Of a stretch of DNA of 20,000 bases, positions 1 through 8,841 are shown one piece after another. Origin of the DNA: an uncultured virus (IMG/VR IMGVR_UViG_3300025408_000065) (taxonomy: Duplodnaviria; Heunggongvirae; Uroviricota; Caudoviricetes). The position numbers and the translations under genes are program-made. Every line of letters begins with the position of its first letter. Positions within the stretch are counted from its first letter, which is position 1. The stretch lies in IMG/VR virus record IMGVR_UViG_3300025408_000065; one strand, 5' to 3'. The notes under the pieces are model-generated. The model worked only from the letters and a program-made list of their open reading frames with translations. It did no database searches and was not told the origin of the DNA.

Positions 1-359
1 TCATTACATGCAAAGCCATACATCATCCCCTGATCACCAGCACCTTGTTGATGATCCAGGGTTTCATTAACACCTTGTGCAATATCAGTTGATTGTTTGG
101 ATATTTTTTCAAGCACACAAAACTCATCGTCATAGCCGATGTCCTTAAGTACTTTTTTTGCGATTTCAGAATACTCTACTGTGGCGGTAGTTGTTACCTC
201 ACCAAAGATAACCACTAAGTCATCTTTGATAGCAGATTCTACTGCTACTCTTGCTGCTTGGTCTTGTTCCAGGATTGCGTCTAATATAGCATCACTGATT
301 TGGTCACATATTTTATCTGGATGTCCACTAAAGACAGATTCGCTTGTTATGATTTTCAT
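1..359 (-). CDS. metK: S-adenosylmethionine synthetase, 5' part (runs off the left edge)
   Basis: Not in the ORF track. Manual translation from ATG at 359 gives [28 protein letters not shown]...QSTDIAQGV...[14 protein letters not shown], with the GHPDK and GAGDQG signatures. RBS AGAGG lies upstream. Confidence 0.96.
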   Translation of the reverse strand, partial: MKIITSESVFSGHPDKICDQISDAILDAILEQDQAARVAVESAIKDDLVVIFGEVTTTATVEYSEIAKKVLKDIGYDDEFCVLEKISKQSTDIAQGVNETLDHQQGAGDQGMMYGFACN

Positions 360-379
360 GTTGTCCTCTTTCTAGCAAG

Positions 380-399
380 AAAAAAGAAGCCTTGGCTTC
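380..399 (-). terminator. Intrinsic terminator closing the four-gene moron
   Basis: Minus strand reads GAAGC-CAAG-GCTTC followed by TTTTTT. Confidence 0.6.
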
Positions 400-425
400 C
401 GTAATTTGCTTTGATTTGTATTTTT

Positions 426-722
426 TTATTTTAATACTGCCTTCGGTAGGTAGGCTGTGTATCTGGCGTAATGGTATCCTTCACTTTCGATTAGAATACC
501 AAAGTCATGAGATTCTGATGTAACTAGGATACAATGAAATACTTCATTTTGGTCACAATACATGTGCTCAAGATTCTCTTTTATGAAATCGTAGTCATTC
601 AGTGGATCCTTAATGAAACACTCGAACAAGTCTTTATCAATAACTAATTGTTTTTCGATAACGAACTCATCCTGAGGAATGAGTTCATTTGAGGTCGCTT
701 TACGTGTAAAATTGGTTTTCAT
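426..722 (-). CDS. Hypothetical protein, DUF6329-like; paralogue of 1516..1842
   Basis: 98 aa. Shares PQD..VIEK, L.DY.FIK, MY.D.N.V.H.I.VT and GIL....G..YA.Y.A with the 108-aa ORF. Family name is from recall. Confidence 0.7.
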   Translation of the reverse strand: MKTNFTRKATSNELIPQDEFVIEKQLVIDKDLFECFIKDPLNDYDFIKENLEHMYCDQNEVFHCILVTSESHDFGILIESEGYHYARYTAYLPKAVLK

Positions 723-735
723 TTTGATAATCCTT

Positions 736-1110
736 CTACTCTATTTTCCATGCAGTATAAACACTTCGGTAAGTGCAGTCCCATGTATCTAGAATGACAC
801 CATCTTTACAAACTGTTATGTGTCCAGTCATTTTAAGCACGAAGGTTCCCTTTGGATAAAGCTCAGTAAAATCAGTACCTTTGATTCTTGGTTGACCCTT
901 TATTGCTTTAAATATCAATCTCGGTCTGTTTTCAAAATACTTATATAAGCATTCGGTATCTTTATAACTAGCAAACTTCCATTCTCGTTTGAACTGGTTA
1001 AGCTCTCTTCTGCACTCCATGTAGTCTTTATTCATAGCTGTGCTGATAGCTCTAACCACACAATCGGTTGTTTTGATTCCCTTGGGGTGAGCATTGTATT
1101 CCTTAAACAT
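736..1110 (-). CDS. Phage-type hypothetical protein, possible Cys-His-Asp (papain-like) hydrolase
   Basis: Likely start is ATG at 1110, overlapping the upstream stop (TAATG). Motifs DCVVRA, GHIT and DTWD. Confidence 0.65.
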   Translation of the reverse strand: MFKEYNAHPKGIKTTDCVVRAISTAMNKDYMECRRELNQFKREWKFASYKDTECLYKYFENRPRLIFKAIKGQPRIKGTDFTELYPKGTFVLKMTGHITVCKDGVILDTWDCTYRSVYTAWKIE

Positions 1111-1538
1111 TACTTTATCCATCCTTGATTCAACCATTTAACAAGTTTTCTTGATGAGTTTGATTCAAATACTGGTTTCTCAAATCCATCCAATCTTTCG
1201 TAGGCTGTATACTTGAAATCATTCCAAATACAATCAATCTGAACTACGATAAGATTGTTGTTTGTTTCAATATCTGCGATTCTGAAATCATCGTAGAGTG
1301 GACCGTTTAACGGGCAGTTGTTCTTAAACCACACATAACTTGTCTCAAGGTCAACTTTTCCACCAGTTCTGATTTGCTTAATGATATTACCCATCTTTTT
1401 TGTTTTATTTGCTAGACTTGAATCCTTACAAAACCAATCGAACCATCCAGCTTTGATTTGTGTTTGAGTATCTTTTTTATCGAACTCACCTTGATTAAAG
1501 TATTGAATCCATTGACTAAGCGTTATTAGCTTTTCCAT
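1110..1538 (-). CDS. Hypothetical protein (WFDWFC / FKNNCP motifs)
   Basis: Start moved to ATG at 1538 (MEKLITL) because GGAGG precedes it. It overlaps both neighbours in an operon-like way. Confidence 0.7.
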   Translation of the reverse strand: MEKLITLSQWIQYFNQGEFDKKDTQTQIKAGWFDWFCKDSSLANKTKKMGNIIKQIRTGGKVDLETSYVWFKNNCPLNGPLYDDFRIADIETNNNLIVVQIDCIWNDFKYTAYERLDGFEKPVFESNSSRKLVKWLNQGWIK

Positions 1539-1842
1539 TACTGAATCCTCCAACTTCATCTTTTCTGATAAATGCTGAATATTTAGCATAACTAGCGCCA
1601 TCGGCTTGAACTAGAATTCCATAGTCTATTTCTTTAGTGGTTACTATAATTGCGTGCCAAACGTTGTTGCTATCTGTGTACATCAAATCTTTATGTGCTT
1701 TTATGAAGTTGTAATCGCCAAGAATATTATCTAAAAACTTATTAAACTGCTTAAGTGGTAATTCAACTAACTTTTCAATTACATAGACATCCTGCGGTAC
1801 AACTTGTTCTTTGCATGTATTCGTTTCAAATCTAACTTTCAT
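1516..1842 (-). CDS. Hypothetical protein, DUF6329-like; paralogue of 426..722
   Basis: 108 aa with RBS GAGGAG; aligns end to end with the 98-aa ORF. Confidence 0.7.
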   Translation of the reverse strand: MKVRFETNTCKEQVVPQDVYVIEKLVELPLKQFNKFLDNILGDYNFIKAHKDLMYTDSNNVWHAIIVTTKEIDYGILVQADGASYAKYSAFIRKDEVGGFSNGKANNA

Positions 1843-1877
1843 CGTTAACTCCTCTTTTCTAACCTTATTGGGTTACT

Positions 1878-1917
1878 ATATATATCACTCTAAAGGCTAT
1901 TAATAGCAAGTCAATTC
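1878..1917 (-). promoter_or_regulatory. Conserved 40-bp promoter-like motif, copy 1 (upstream of the moron)
   Basis: GAATTGACTTGCTATTAATAGCCTTTAGAGTGATATATAT; 36/40 identical to 13747..13786. Both copies sit just upstream of an RBS. Confidence 0.75.
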
Positions 1918-1932
1918 GACGAGTTTTGCTCA

Positions 1933-3144
1933 CTATAGAGACAAATTCTGAAAGTTATCAATTTTGTTTAAATCTATCTTCTTACCACCACGGATCAGGT
2001 AGCAATCGTCACTTGATCTTTTGTGTCTTATATATCTTTTTACAATCACATCTACGAATCTTTCATCGAGTTCCATTGAGAAAGATTTCCTTTGAAGCTG
2101 ATCGGATGCAATCATAGTTGATCCTGAACCACCAAACAAATCCAATACACATTCATTCACTCTTGACGAATTTGCAATCGCTCTTCCACAAAGTTCAAGT
2201 GGTTTCATAGTTGGATGTTCTTCATTTCGTTTAGGTTTGTTATATTCCCAAATGGTGTCTTGTGTGCGGTCATCTATAAAATAATGAGCAGCACCTTCTT
2301 TCCAACCATAAAGGATTGGCTCATGTCTCCAGTGATAATCTTGTCTACCTAACACGAGTGCATTCTTAACCCAGACTAAGCACTCCGCCAACTTGAAACC
2401 GGCGTTTTTGAATGCAGTTCTAAAGTTGATACCTTCAGTGTCTGCATGACAAACATAAATAGCACCACCAGGTTTGGTTGCTTCAAACATATTGGTGAAT
2501 GCGTCAAATAAAAAAAGATAGAAGCTATTATCTTCCATCTTATCATTCTTAATCTTCCCAGCTGTACCTTCATAATCCACATTGTATGGTGGATCGGTGA
2601 AGATCATATCAATCTTTTGACCATCAAGAAGTCTTTGAACATCTTGTTTCTTGGTTGAATCTCCACACATAACTCTGTGATTACCTAATAAATAGATATC
2701 TCCAATTTCTGAATAAGGTGTTTCACCCATTTCATCAGATGGGTAAAAGTCATCATCAGATGCATTATCTGGAACATCTGACTCTAGTTCTTCAAAACCA
2801 AACTGAAGCATATCAATATCAATATGTAAAAGTTCTTCTTCTAGTTTACTGAAATCCCAGGTAGCAAGTTCTGCTGTCTTGTTATCTGCCAAGCGAAAAG
2901 CCTTAATTTGCCCTTCTGTGAGGTCATCAGCAATAATGCAAGGAACAGTTGCTAATCCTAGTTTAAGGCTCGCTTTGAGCCGAGTGTGCCCTGCAATTAT
3001 GACCAGATCCTTAGTGATCACAATAGGAACCTTGAATCCGAACTCTTTGATACTATTAGCTACAGCATCAACTGCAGCATCATTATTTCTTGGGTTGTTT
3101 TCGTATATTAACAACTCCGAGGGTTTCTTCATCACTATGTTCAT
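1933..3144 (-). CDS. ParB-like N-terminal domain plus DNA (N6-A/N4-C) methyltransferase
   Basis: N-terminus has NNPR, FGFKVPIV, IIAGHTRLKA and LADNK. Catalytic DPPY precedes the SAM-binding DLFGGSGST (beta order); HPTMKP is also present. Confidence 0.92.
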   Translation of the reverse strand: MNIVMKKPSELLIYENNPRNNDAAVDAVANSIKEFGFKVPIVITKDLVIIAGHTRLKASLKLGLATVPCIIADDLTEGQIKAFRLADNKTAELATWDFSKLEEELLHIDIDMLQFGFEELESDVPDNASDDDFYPSDEMGETPYSEIGDIYLLGNHRVMCGDSTKKQDVQRLLDGQKIDMIFTDPPYNVDYEGTAGKIKNDKMEDNSFYLFLFDAFTNMFEATKPGGAIYVCHADTEGINFRTAFKNAGFKLAECLVWVKNALVLGRQDYHWRHEPILYGWKEGAAHYFIDDRTQDTIWEYNKPKRNEEHPTMKPLELCGRAIANSSRVNECVLDLFGGSGSTMIASDQLQRKSFSMELDERFVDVIVKRYIRHKRSSDDCYLIRGGKKIDLNKIDNFQNLSL

Positions 3145-3601
3145 TAATCCAAGTTTCCTCGCCTTTTTCTATGCGTTTCAGCATGATGTCTATTTCTTCT
3201 TTACGTTCGTTGTATTCTCGTCCGAACTTAATAATTAATAAGTATTTGATAGCATTAAAATCGGGTAGAGCTTTCTTCTTAGTTTTAACAAGTTTCTTCT
3301 TCGTCCCCGATGGTGTTTCTTCTATGATAGTTTGTATTTCTTCATACTCCATACCAACTGCTCTTTGGAACAGTGCGTCCATGAGTTTATACTTAAGTTC
3401 ATTATCACCATTGATAAATGCTTGATTTAGCCTTGGATGAGCACGCTTCAATTTAATCAAAGTGTTCTCACTTAAGTTCATGGCTTTGGCGATATCCTTT
3501 TGGATAATCCGCCTAGCTACCATTTCTTGAATGCTTTTTATTCTTTCATCAAGTACTCCATCAGCCTCCCATTGCTGATACGTATCCAGTACCTTTGGCA
3601 C
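3083..3601 (-). CDS. HTH protein resembling a phage terminase small subunit
   Basis: GTG start with GAAAGG upstream. N-terminal HTH (QKDIAKAMNLSENTL), ALFQRAVGMEYEE, and LPDFNAIKYLL typical of terS-like proteins. It is the first gene of the presumptive late operon. Confidence 0.6.
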   Translation of the reverse strand: MPKVLDTYQQWEADGVLDERIKSIQEMVARRIIQKDIAKAMNLSENTLIKLKRAHPRLNQAFINGDNELKYKLMDALFQRAVGMEYEEIQTIIEETPSGTKKKLVKTKKKALPDFNAIKYLLIIKFGREYNERKEEIDIMLKRIEKGEETWINEHSDEETLGVVNIRKQPKK

Positions 3602-3682
3602 ATCGATTCCAACCTTTCAGGGTTCAGTAATTTTATCCAAAACTGAAGTTATCCAAGGGTTGAATACTACATATTTTTCTGC

Positions 3683-3716
3683 AAAAGAAAAGAAACCCCC
3701 TTGTTTGAGAGTTTCT
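3683..3716 (-). terminator. Intrinsic terminator inside the leader of the terS-like operon
   Basis: Minus strand AGAAACTCTC-AAACAA-GGGGGTTTCT followed by TTTCTTTT; the G-U pairs work only on this strand. Confidence 0.7.
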
Positions 3717-3759
3717 ATCTTCTAGGCTTCATTTAGAGCCAGTATTCCACGCTAATTGT

Positions 3760-3803
3760 AGTATATGTAACAAGTCAATTTTTGTCTACATGCCAGCGGC
3801 ACA
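3760..3803 (-). promoter_or_regulatory. Promoter with palindromic operator abutting -35, copy A
   Basis: TGTGCCGCTGGCATG-TAGACA-17 nt-TATACT. The operator matches 13414..13431 at 17/18. Confidence 0.7.
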
Positions 3804-3908
3804 CTAATCATTCAAAATAACTGTTTTAGTGCTTTTTTTCCCGTATCTGTTGAAATATACTTAACAACTACTTGAACATGGCTTGTTCTTGTATTGCTGA
3901 TAACTTGG

Positions 3909-3935
3909 CATTACTGTTCACAAGGATTATCGGTA
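3909..3935. repeat. 27-bp direct repeat, copy 1 (tyrosine-recombinase core-like)
   Basis: CATTACTGTTCACAAGGATTATCGGTA; 26/27 identical to 10263..10289. Confidence 0.85.
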
Positions 3936-3969
3936 GAATAGTTAGTTAATGAGATGATAAATTTATAAA

Positions 3970-4995
3970 CTATTTTTTGGATAAGAGCAAATCGATTTTA
4001 TCGACTATTTGATCATAAGTGATAATTTCACAGTCCTTGTTGTTATACTTTACTACATTGAAATTCAACCTAATAAGTTTTTCATCAAGATTGTGATTTT
4101 GAACTTCTTTAGTTAAATTCCCAATTAATAAAAATGACTTCACAAAAACTTTTTCTGGATTTCTTTCTGAAGCAGATATCATATTTCTTTGCATGTTTGT
4201 TTGCTGAATCGAATTTGAGAACTCATCTGTTAATTCACATGTGTTGTTGCGATAAGTGGTTTTCTTAAAAAGTTTAACATCTTCTCGTTTTAATTCAACA
4301 ACATTTGAAAAATTAACTGTATCATTTAGCATTATATCAGCTCTATTGGTTGGGTACCCCTCAACATCAATGATAAACTGAAATTCTGCAGTTCCATTGG
4401 TTCCTGGCATAATTAGTGGTAAAAATCTTCTATATTTCTTTAAAACTCGTTCAATATTGTGCTCATTACCTGAAAAGGATGTTAACAGTTCGGCTTTAAA
4501 GTTCTCAAGTAGTTTGTGCCTTGTTTTTAGCTCAGTTCCAAAAACCAAATCTTCATCTAGTTCTAGAGTTTCGAAGACTTCTAAATACTGTTTCAATCTG
4601 GAATTCATATTTCCAATCCTAATGTAAGTTTTTGATGAATCATACTCAAAATCAAAACACTCGAATGAGATTTCTTCAAAAGTTCTTTTAGTAATGCGTT
4701 CCATTATACCAGATTCAATATTGACAATTTCTCTTAATAAATCAGTGTGAAAAGGAAATTTTTTCTGAGATAGTCTCTGCACTAACTTCGGCTTGAACGA
4801 TCCATCAACACCTTGTTGCAGCTCAACAATGGTTATTCCCACAAAGTATCTCTTCTCAATTTCTTTTTGTGATTTATCTTCAGTAATATATGGGTCTATT
4901 GATACATATGTGTCTTTATTTTTCGTAATATACGGCTGAGAACATCGATATACATTTGCGTTTATCTTTTTAAACTTGAATATTTCCATCCTCAT
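3970..4995 (-). CDS. sduA: Shedu-like anti-phage nuclease (DUF4263 C-terminal domain)
   Basis: C-terminal PD-(D/E)xK core: EFQF, RADIML, VVELKR, KLF, SIQQ, LLIG, EIITYDQI. The N-terminal ~170 aa are unrecognised. Confidence 0.78.
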   Translation of the reverse strand: MRMEIFKFKKINANVYRCSQPYITKNKDTYVSIDPYITEDKSQKEIEKRYFVGITIVELQQGVDGSFKPKLVQRLSQKKFPFHTDLLREIVNIESGIMERITKRTFEEISFECFDFEYDSSKTYIRIGNMNSRLKQYLEVFETLELDEDLVFGTELKTRHKLLENFKAELLTSFSGNEHNIERVLKKYRRFLPLIMPGTNGTAEFQFIIDVEGYPTNRADIMLNDTVNFSNVVELKREDVKLFKKTTYRNNTCELTDEFSNSIQQTNMQRNMISASERNPEKVFVKSFLLIGNLTKEVQNHNLDEKLIRLNFNVVKYNNKDCEIITYDQIVDKIDLLLSKK

Positions 4996-5032
4996 ACCTC
5001 ATTGAATACTTTCCACATATAATTAATAAATA

Positions 5033-6538
5033 CTATTTTTGATTATGATACAAATTGTAGTGTTCCTGAATTTTGGAATAAACTTCTGCAACATCAAAAT
5101 CATCATCATTAGAAATCTTTTGAAGTGTATTTTCCAATAGATCTTTTAATCTTTTAATTGAATAGTCCAACTCTAATATACCCACACTAGAATTCCAAGC
5201 TTCATCATCATTGAGTATATTTTCACTATTTATTTTAGCTTTGTGATTAGAGTGGTATAACTGAATAATTTCTTCTACAATACTATCTGGAAATTTTGGT
5301 ATTAAGATATCTTCCCAGTAATTTTTTCCAAGACTTCCACCTTGTCCACCTACAGTAAAATGATCGTAAAATCCCCAATCTTTGTAAAATCTTAAAATGC
5401 ATGAAACATATGCTGATAAGGAAATGTTAGAATGGTTTGGTGACAGTACTATACCATGAATATTCGTGATCCATTTTTCTCCAGTGTTTGTGAATAGCAC
5501 ACATTTTCCTACTGTTCCTTCAGCAGAAAACACAATATCTCCATCTCTTAAGGTTTGCAAATCGTTCTTATTACCCAAATATTCATAGTCTGCAACAGTT
5601 CCATAATCCGTAAAATTTGTGGGTTTTATTACTGTGTAAAAATTGGGTTTTGCATGATTTGAATAAACACTTTTTCCAATATTGGTGACCTGCAAATTCT
5701 GACCACGTTTCATCTTATAACCAAGCTGATCTAGTGTATTAAAACCAAATTCATACTCTCGAATGAGTGCTTTTTGATACTTTGCTTTTCTGCTATAATA
5801 TGATGCATCTATTCTGTTAGCCTCAATCAACTCTTTAAAATGAGTTTTTGAAAACTCAACATCAAATGGATTTGCTCCATTTCTAACCAATTCATCAAGT
5901 ATTACTTCTTTAATTTTCAAGTGATTTTGTTGGATTTTTTTCTCTTTTGAAACAATCATTTGAACAAGTTCTTCTACAATCTTTATTTTCAAATCCTTAT
6001 TAAATGTAGGAAAGGGAACTAAGCAATGTAAAAATTTTGTTCCTGCATGCCTAATCGTCGCACCTTTTGGAACTAGTGCATCGAGTTGCTTTTTAAACAT
6101 TTTACTTTTTAAATATGCAAAAACATATAATTTATTCTTATCAATTGGTAGTCTATATAAAGCCCCGCAGGGCATGTAATTATTTAAATCCTCTGGGACT
6201 AAAACGCATTCACCGACATTGGAATCTTTTGATATCAGAAGGTCTCCAGCGCGCAATTTATAATCGATGAATGCCTTCATATTCATAGGAACTGCCCCCT
6301 CGCCATCAAGGATTGGAATGAATTTATCCGGTTGCAGTGCCTTAGCTTTAATAAAGTAATAATTTGATTTTGTCATATAACTTGCTGTTCCAACATCAAA
6401 ACCATTATCAGATTTATCTAATCTCCTGCTTAGCAAATTAGAAAGAGGAAAATGCATCGCTTTTCCTAATTCACTCTTATGCAAAACAGATGGCGATAAC
6501 ATTGAAGTGCCTGCTGTCAAATCTGTATATTTAATCAT
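5033..6538 (-). CDS. Restriction-modification specificity (HsdS-like) subunit
   Basis: Two TRD-like repeats (LRAGDLLISKDSNVG and LRDGDIVFSAEGTVG), each followed by a VP/IP motif and a helical spacer. Lies directly downstream of the MTase. Confidence 0.85.
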   Translation of the reverse strand: MIKYTDLTAGTSMLSPSVLHKSELGKAMHFPLSNLLSRRLDKSDNGFDVGTASYMTKSNYYFIKAKALQPDKFIPILDGEGAVPMNMKAFIDYKLRAGDLLISKDSNVGECVLVPEDLNNYMPCGALYRLPIDKNKLYVFAYLKSKMFKKQLDALVPKGATIRHAGTKFLHCLVPFPTFNKDLKIKIVEELVQMIVSKEKKIQQNHLKIKEVILDELVRNGANPFDVEFSKTHFKELIEANRIDASYYSRKAKYQKALIREYEFGFNTLDQLGYKMKRGQNLQVTNIGKSVYSNHAKPNFYTVIKPTNFTDYGTVADYEYLGNKNDLQTLRDGDIVFSAEGTVGKCVLFTNTGEKWITNIHGIVLSPNHSNISLSAYVSCILRFYKDWGFYDHFTVGGQGGSLGKNYWEDILIPKFPDSIVEEIIQLYHSNHKAKINSENILNDDEAWNSSVGILELDYSIKRLKDLLENTLQKISNDDDFDVAEVYSKIQEHYNLYHNQK

Positions 6539-6549
6539 TTAATAACCAC

Positions 6550-8718
6550 CTACTTTGCAAAAATATCATACAACGGTTGTTCTTGTGCTTTACACCAATC
6601 TCTAAACTCTCTAACAATTGTGGTAAACTCTTCATCTAACACTGGATTTCCATCATTATCAATTTCAACATCAAAAGTCTTATCATTTATTTTATAAATT
6701 GGATTGTAGTATTTAACGCGTTTGTTTGTACGAACTTCATAACCTATTTTTTCAATTTTCCTTGTAAATACATCGTAATTCAGCTTCTGCAGTTTTGACA
6801 AATCTTTTTTGTCTGGTTTATATGCAACAATTATAGTAGTATTTACACCAGTATCTGCAAATATATTTGATGGCAAATCAAATAGCGCTACAATTCGCAT
6901 GTTTTTTAGCAGCCATTCGCGAGTTTTTTCCCATCTATCAATCGATGCAATTGAATTAGATAATACAATACCTATCCTTCCATTGGTGTCCAAAATTCTG
7001 TATGCATTTTCTAAAAATATTATTCCTGGGTCTATCCAATTACCGCATCTAGAGATATTCCAAAGTTCATACATCTCAAGCAATTCTTTGTCTTTTGCAG
7101 TATTAGCTTCAATCTTTCTATCTTCTCCGAATGGTGGATTAGTCAGGACAATATCAAATTTTTTCAATTTTGTTTGATCTTTCCATTGATCCCAATTTCC
7201 ATTTTTGTGAATTGAGGGTATAAGATTGACTAGTTCATTTCTATCATCAAATTTCCATGTAATAGAACCCCAATTAGGTTTATATTTTAATACAGCATTT
7301 CCATCACCATTCAGTAACATGTTTAATTGTGCTAACATAATCATATTTTCATCATTATCGCAACCATAGAAATTTCCATCATCAAGAGTACTCTTAGAGT
7401 TGACATATGAAACACTTAAGAAATCCGCAATCCCTGATGTTGGATCAATTATTCTATCATAGTTTCTCGGATTAATGATTTGAACAAGAAAGTCTATGAT
7501 AGGGAGAGGTGTGAGAAACTGTCCTTTGTCCGCCTTAGAGAACTCACTGGCAAACTTGAAAAATACTATTTGATATAAATCACTTTTCTCTGATTTAATG
7601 AAAGAATAATTTTGAAATTGATCAACAATTGAACTAATAATTTTAATATGCTCTTCTTTTTCCCAAACTATCGTTTCAGAATCCATTTTTTTTAGTATAT
7701 AATGATATTTTTCAGAAGCTTCATTATATAACTTTCTCATTCTTCCTATAAAATCTTGTATAGTATCATCGTTAAGCGACACAAAATTTTTTTCTTTATT
7801 TGTAATGTAAAAAAGTAAATCAAACTTATCCTTTTCTTCTTGTGTTTCGTAAAATTCTAGATACTTCGCCTTTTTTTCAGCGTTGCGTTTTTCATCAAAT
7901 ATCTTTAATGCCATTGTCTGAATAAGAATCTCGTATCCCCGTTGATTCTTCATGCTGACACTATCCATTACTTTTAATATGTTAGAGATACCTTCCGATA
8001 GTTGTTTGCTGTAACTACCAGTAATAATCTCCAAATCATCAATGGTTCTATGGGCAACATCAATCTGTAAATTACCAATTCTTTTGATAATGTGCTCAAA
8101 AGACGGTATTTTGTAATAACCGTCAGGTATATCAAGGGATAAATCCTTTGTAGTTGATTCATCTCCTTTTACGTTTAGTGAATCATCAAAACGTAAATAG
8201 TAATTGTTTATTTTTTTAAACAGAAAGAGTTTTTCTGCATCATAAAGGAAGCCCACAGCAAAATCATTTTCTACTTCTTTTAGCGCTGGTTTTAATTGGA
8301 CATTATAAACAGTTTCAACATTTTTACTATTTTCGTTCTTGAATTCAATAACTGCAATCAAATGTTTTCTTAACCAGTCAAGTGCTGTTTGGTCTTGATT
8401 TTCATGCCACGCTTTGTACTTGATAAACCAGTCCGTTGAATCAAAAATAGCAGCATCCATTTTGATAGGCTTAGATTCTTTGTTCCCCTTTGGAAATTGA
8501 ACCTCTGAACCTATAAAATCTCTATTAAACATCCCTGAGTGTATAAGTGAATAAATAAATTGCCATTTATAATACTCTTCGTTGGGTTCATTTTTTGCAT
8601 TTGCAATCTTATACGATTTTCCAGTAGTAAGATGTACTGGTATAATAGCCGTGAAGTCTTTCTTACCCTTAAAAAGTAAATCAAACTCCATTTTCTTCAT
8701 CGAAAACAGGTTACTCAT
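6550..8718 (-). CDS. Fused restriction endonuclease / N6-adenine methyltransferase (Type IIB/IIG-like with separate S subunit)
   Basis: N-terminal nuclease motif E...MDAAIF...IEFK. MTase motifs GQFLTP, IIDPTSG, LTNPPFG and FADTGV. RBS AGGAGG. Confidence 0.88.
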   Translation of the reverse strand: MSNLFSMKKMEFDLLFKGKKDFTAIIPVHLTTGKSYKIANAKNEPNEEYYKWQFIYSLIHSGMFNRDFIGSEVQFPKGNKESKPIKMDAAIFDSTDWFIKYKAWHENQDQTALDWLRKHLIAVIEFKNENSKNVETVYNVQLKPALKEVENDFAVGFLYDAEKLFLFKKINNYYLRFDDSLNVKGDESTTKDLSLDIPDGYYKIPSFEHIIKRIGNLQIDVAHRTIDDLEIITGSYSKQLSEGISNILKVMDSVSMKNQRGYEILIQTMALKIFDEKRNAEKKAKYLEFYETQEEKDKFDLLFYITNKEKNFVSLNDDTIQDFIGRMRKLYNEASEKYHYILKKMDSETIVWEKEEHIKIISSIVDQFQNYSFIKSEKSDLYQIVFFKFASEFSKADKGQFLTPLPIIDFLVQIINPRNYDRIIDPTSGIADFLSVSYVNSKSTLDDGNFYGCDNDENMIMLAQLNMLLNGDGNAVLKYKPNWGSITWKFDDRNELVNLIPSIHKNGNWDQWKDQTKLKKFDIVLTNPPFGEDRKIEANTAKDKELLEMYELWNISRCGNWIDPGIIFLENAYRILDTNGRIGIVLSNSIASIDRWEKTREWLLKNMRIVALFDLPSNIFADTGVNTTIIVAYKPDKKDLSKLQKLNYDVFTRKIEKIGYEVRTNKRVKYYNPIYKINDKTFDVEIDNDGNPVLDEEFTTIVREFRDWCKAQEQPLYDIFAK

Positions 8719-8758
8719 ATTCTTATCCTCCTAATTATTCAGAACTCTCTTCATACCA

Positions 8759-8787
8759 ATTATACTTGTATCATATGGATTTGTCAA
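8759..8787 (-). promoter_or_regulatory. Consensus sigma70/sigmaA promoter of the defence cassette
   Basis: Perfect TTGACA-17 nt-TATAAT, 40 nt upstream of the ATG at 8718. Confidence 0.88.
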
Positions 8788-8841
8788 TCTTATAATCTAG
8801 GCAAAAATTTACAGATCTGATAATCTGTTTATATCCTTTCT

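Noticed and set aside
139..375. 78-aa + strand ORF
   Set aside because: Antisense shadow of metK.
3717..3755. SAM-I riboswitch-like fragment (TGGA..ACTGGC...ATGAAGCC...GAAGATAG) upstream of MTase/metK genes
   Set aside because: No 5' ATC P1 strand, no GCAAC and no room for P3/P4; resemblance is partial. An Rfam search would settle it.
8804..8831. ACAGAT-CTGATA-ATCTGT dyad as a third recombinase site at the defence cassette boundary
   Set aside because: Shares only GATAA with the 27-bp repeat.
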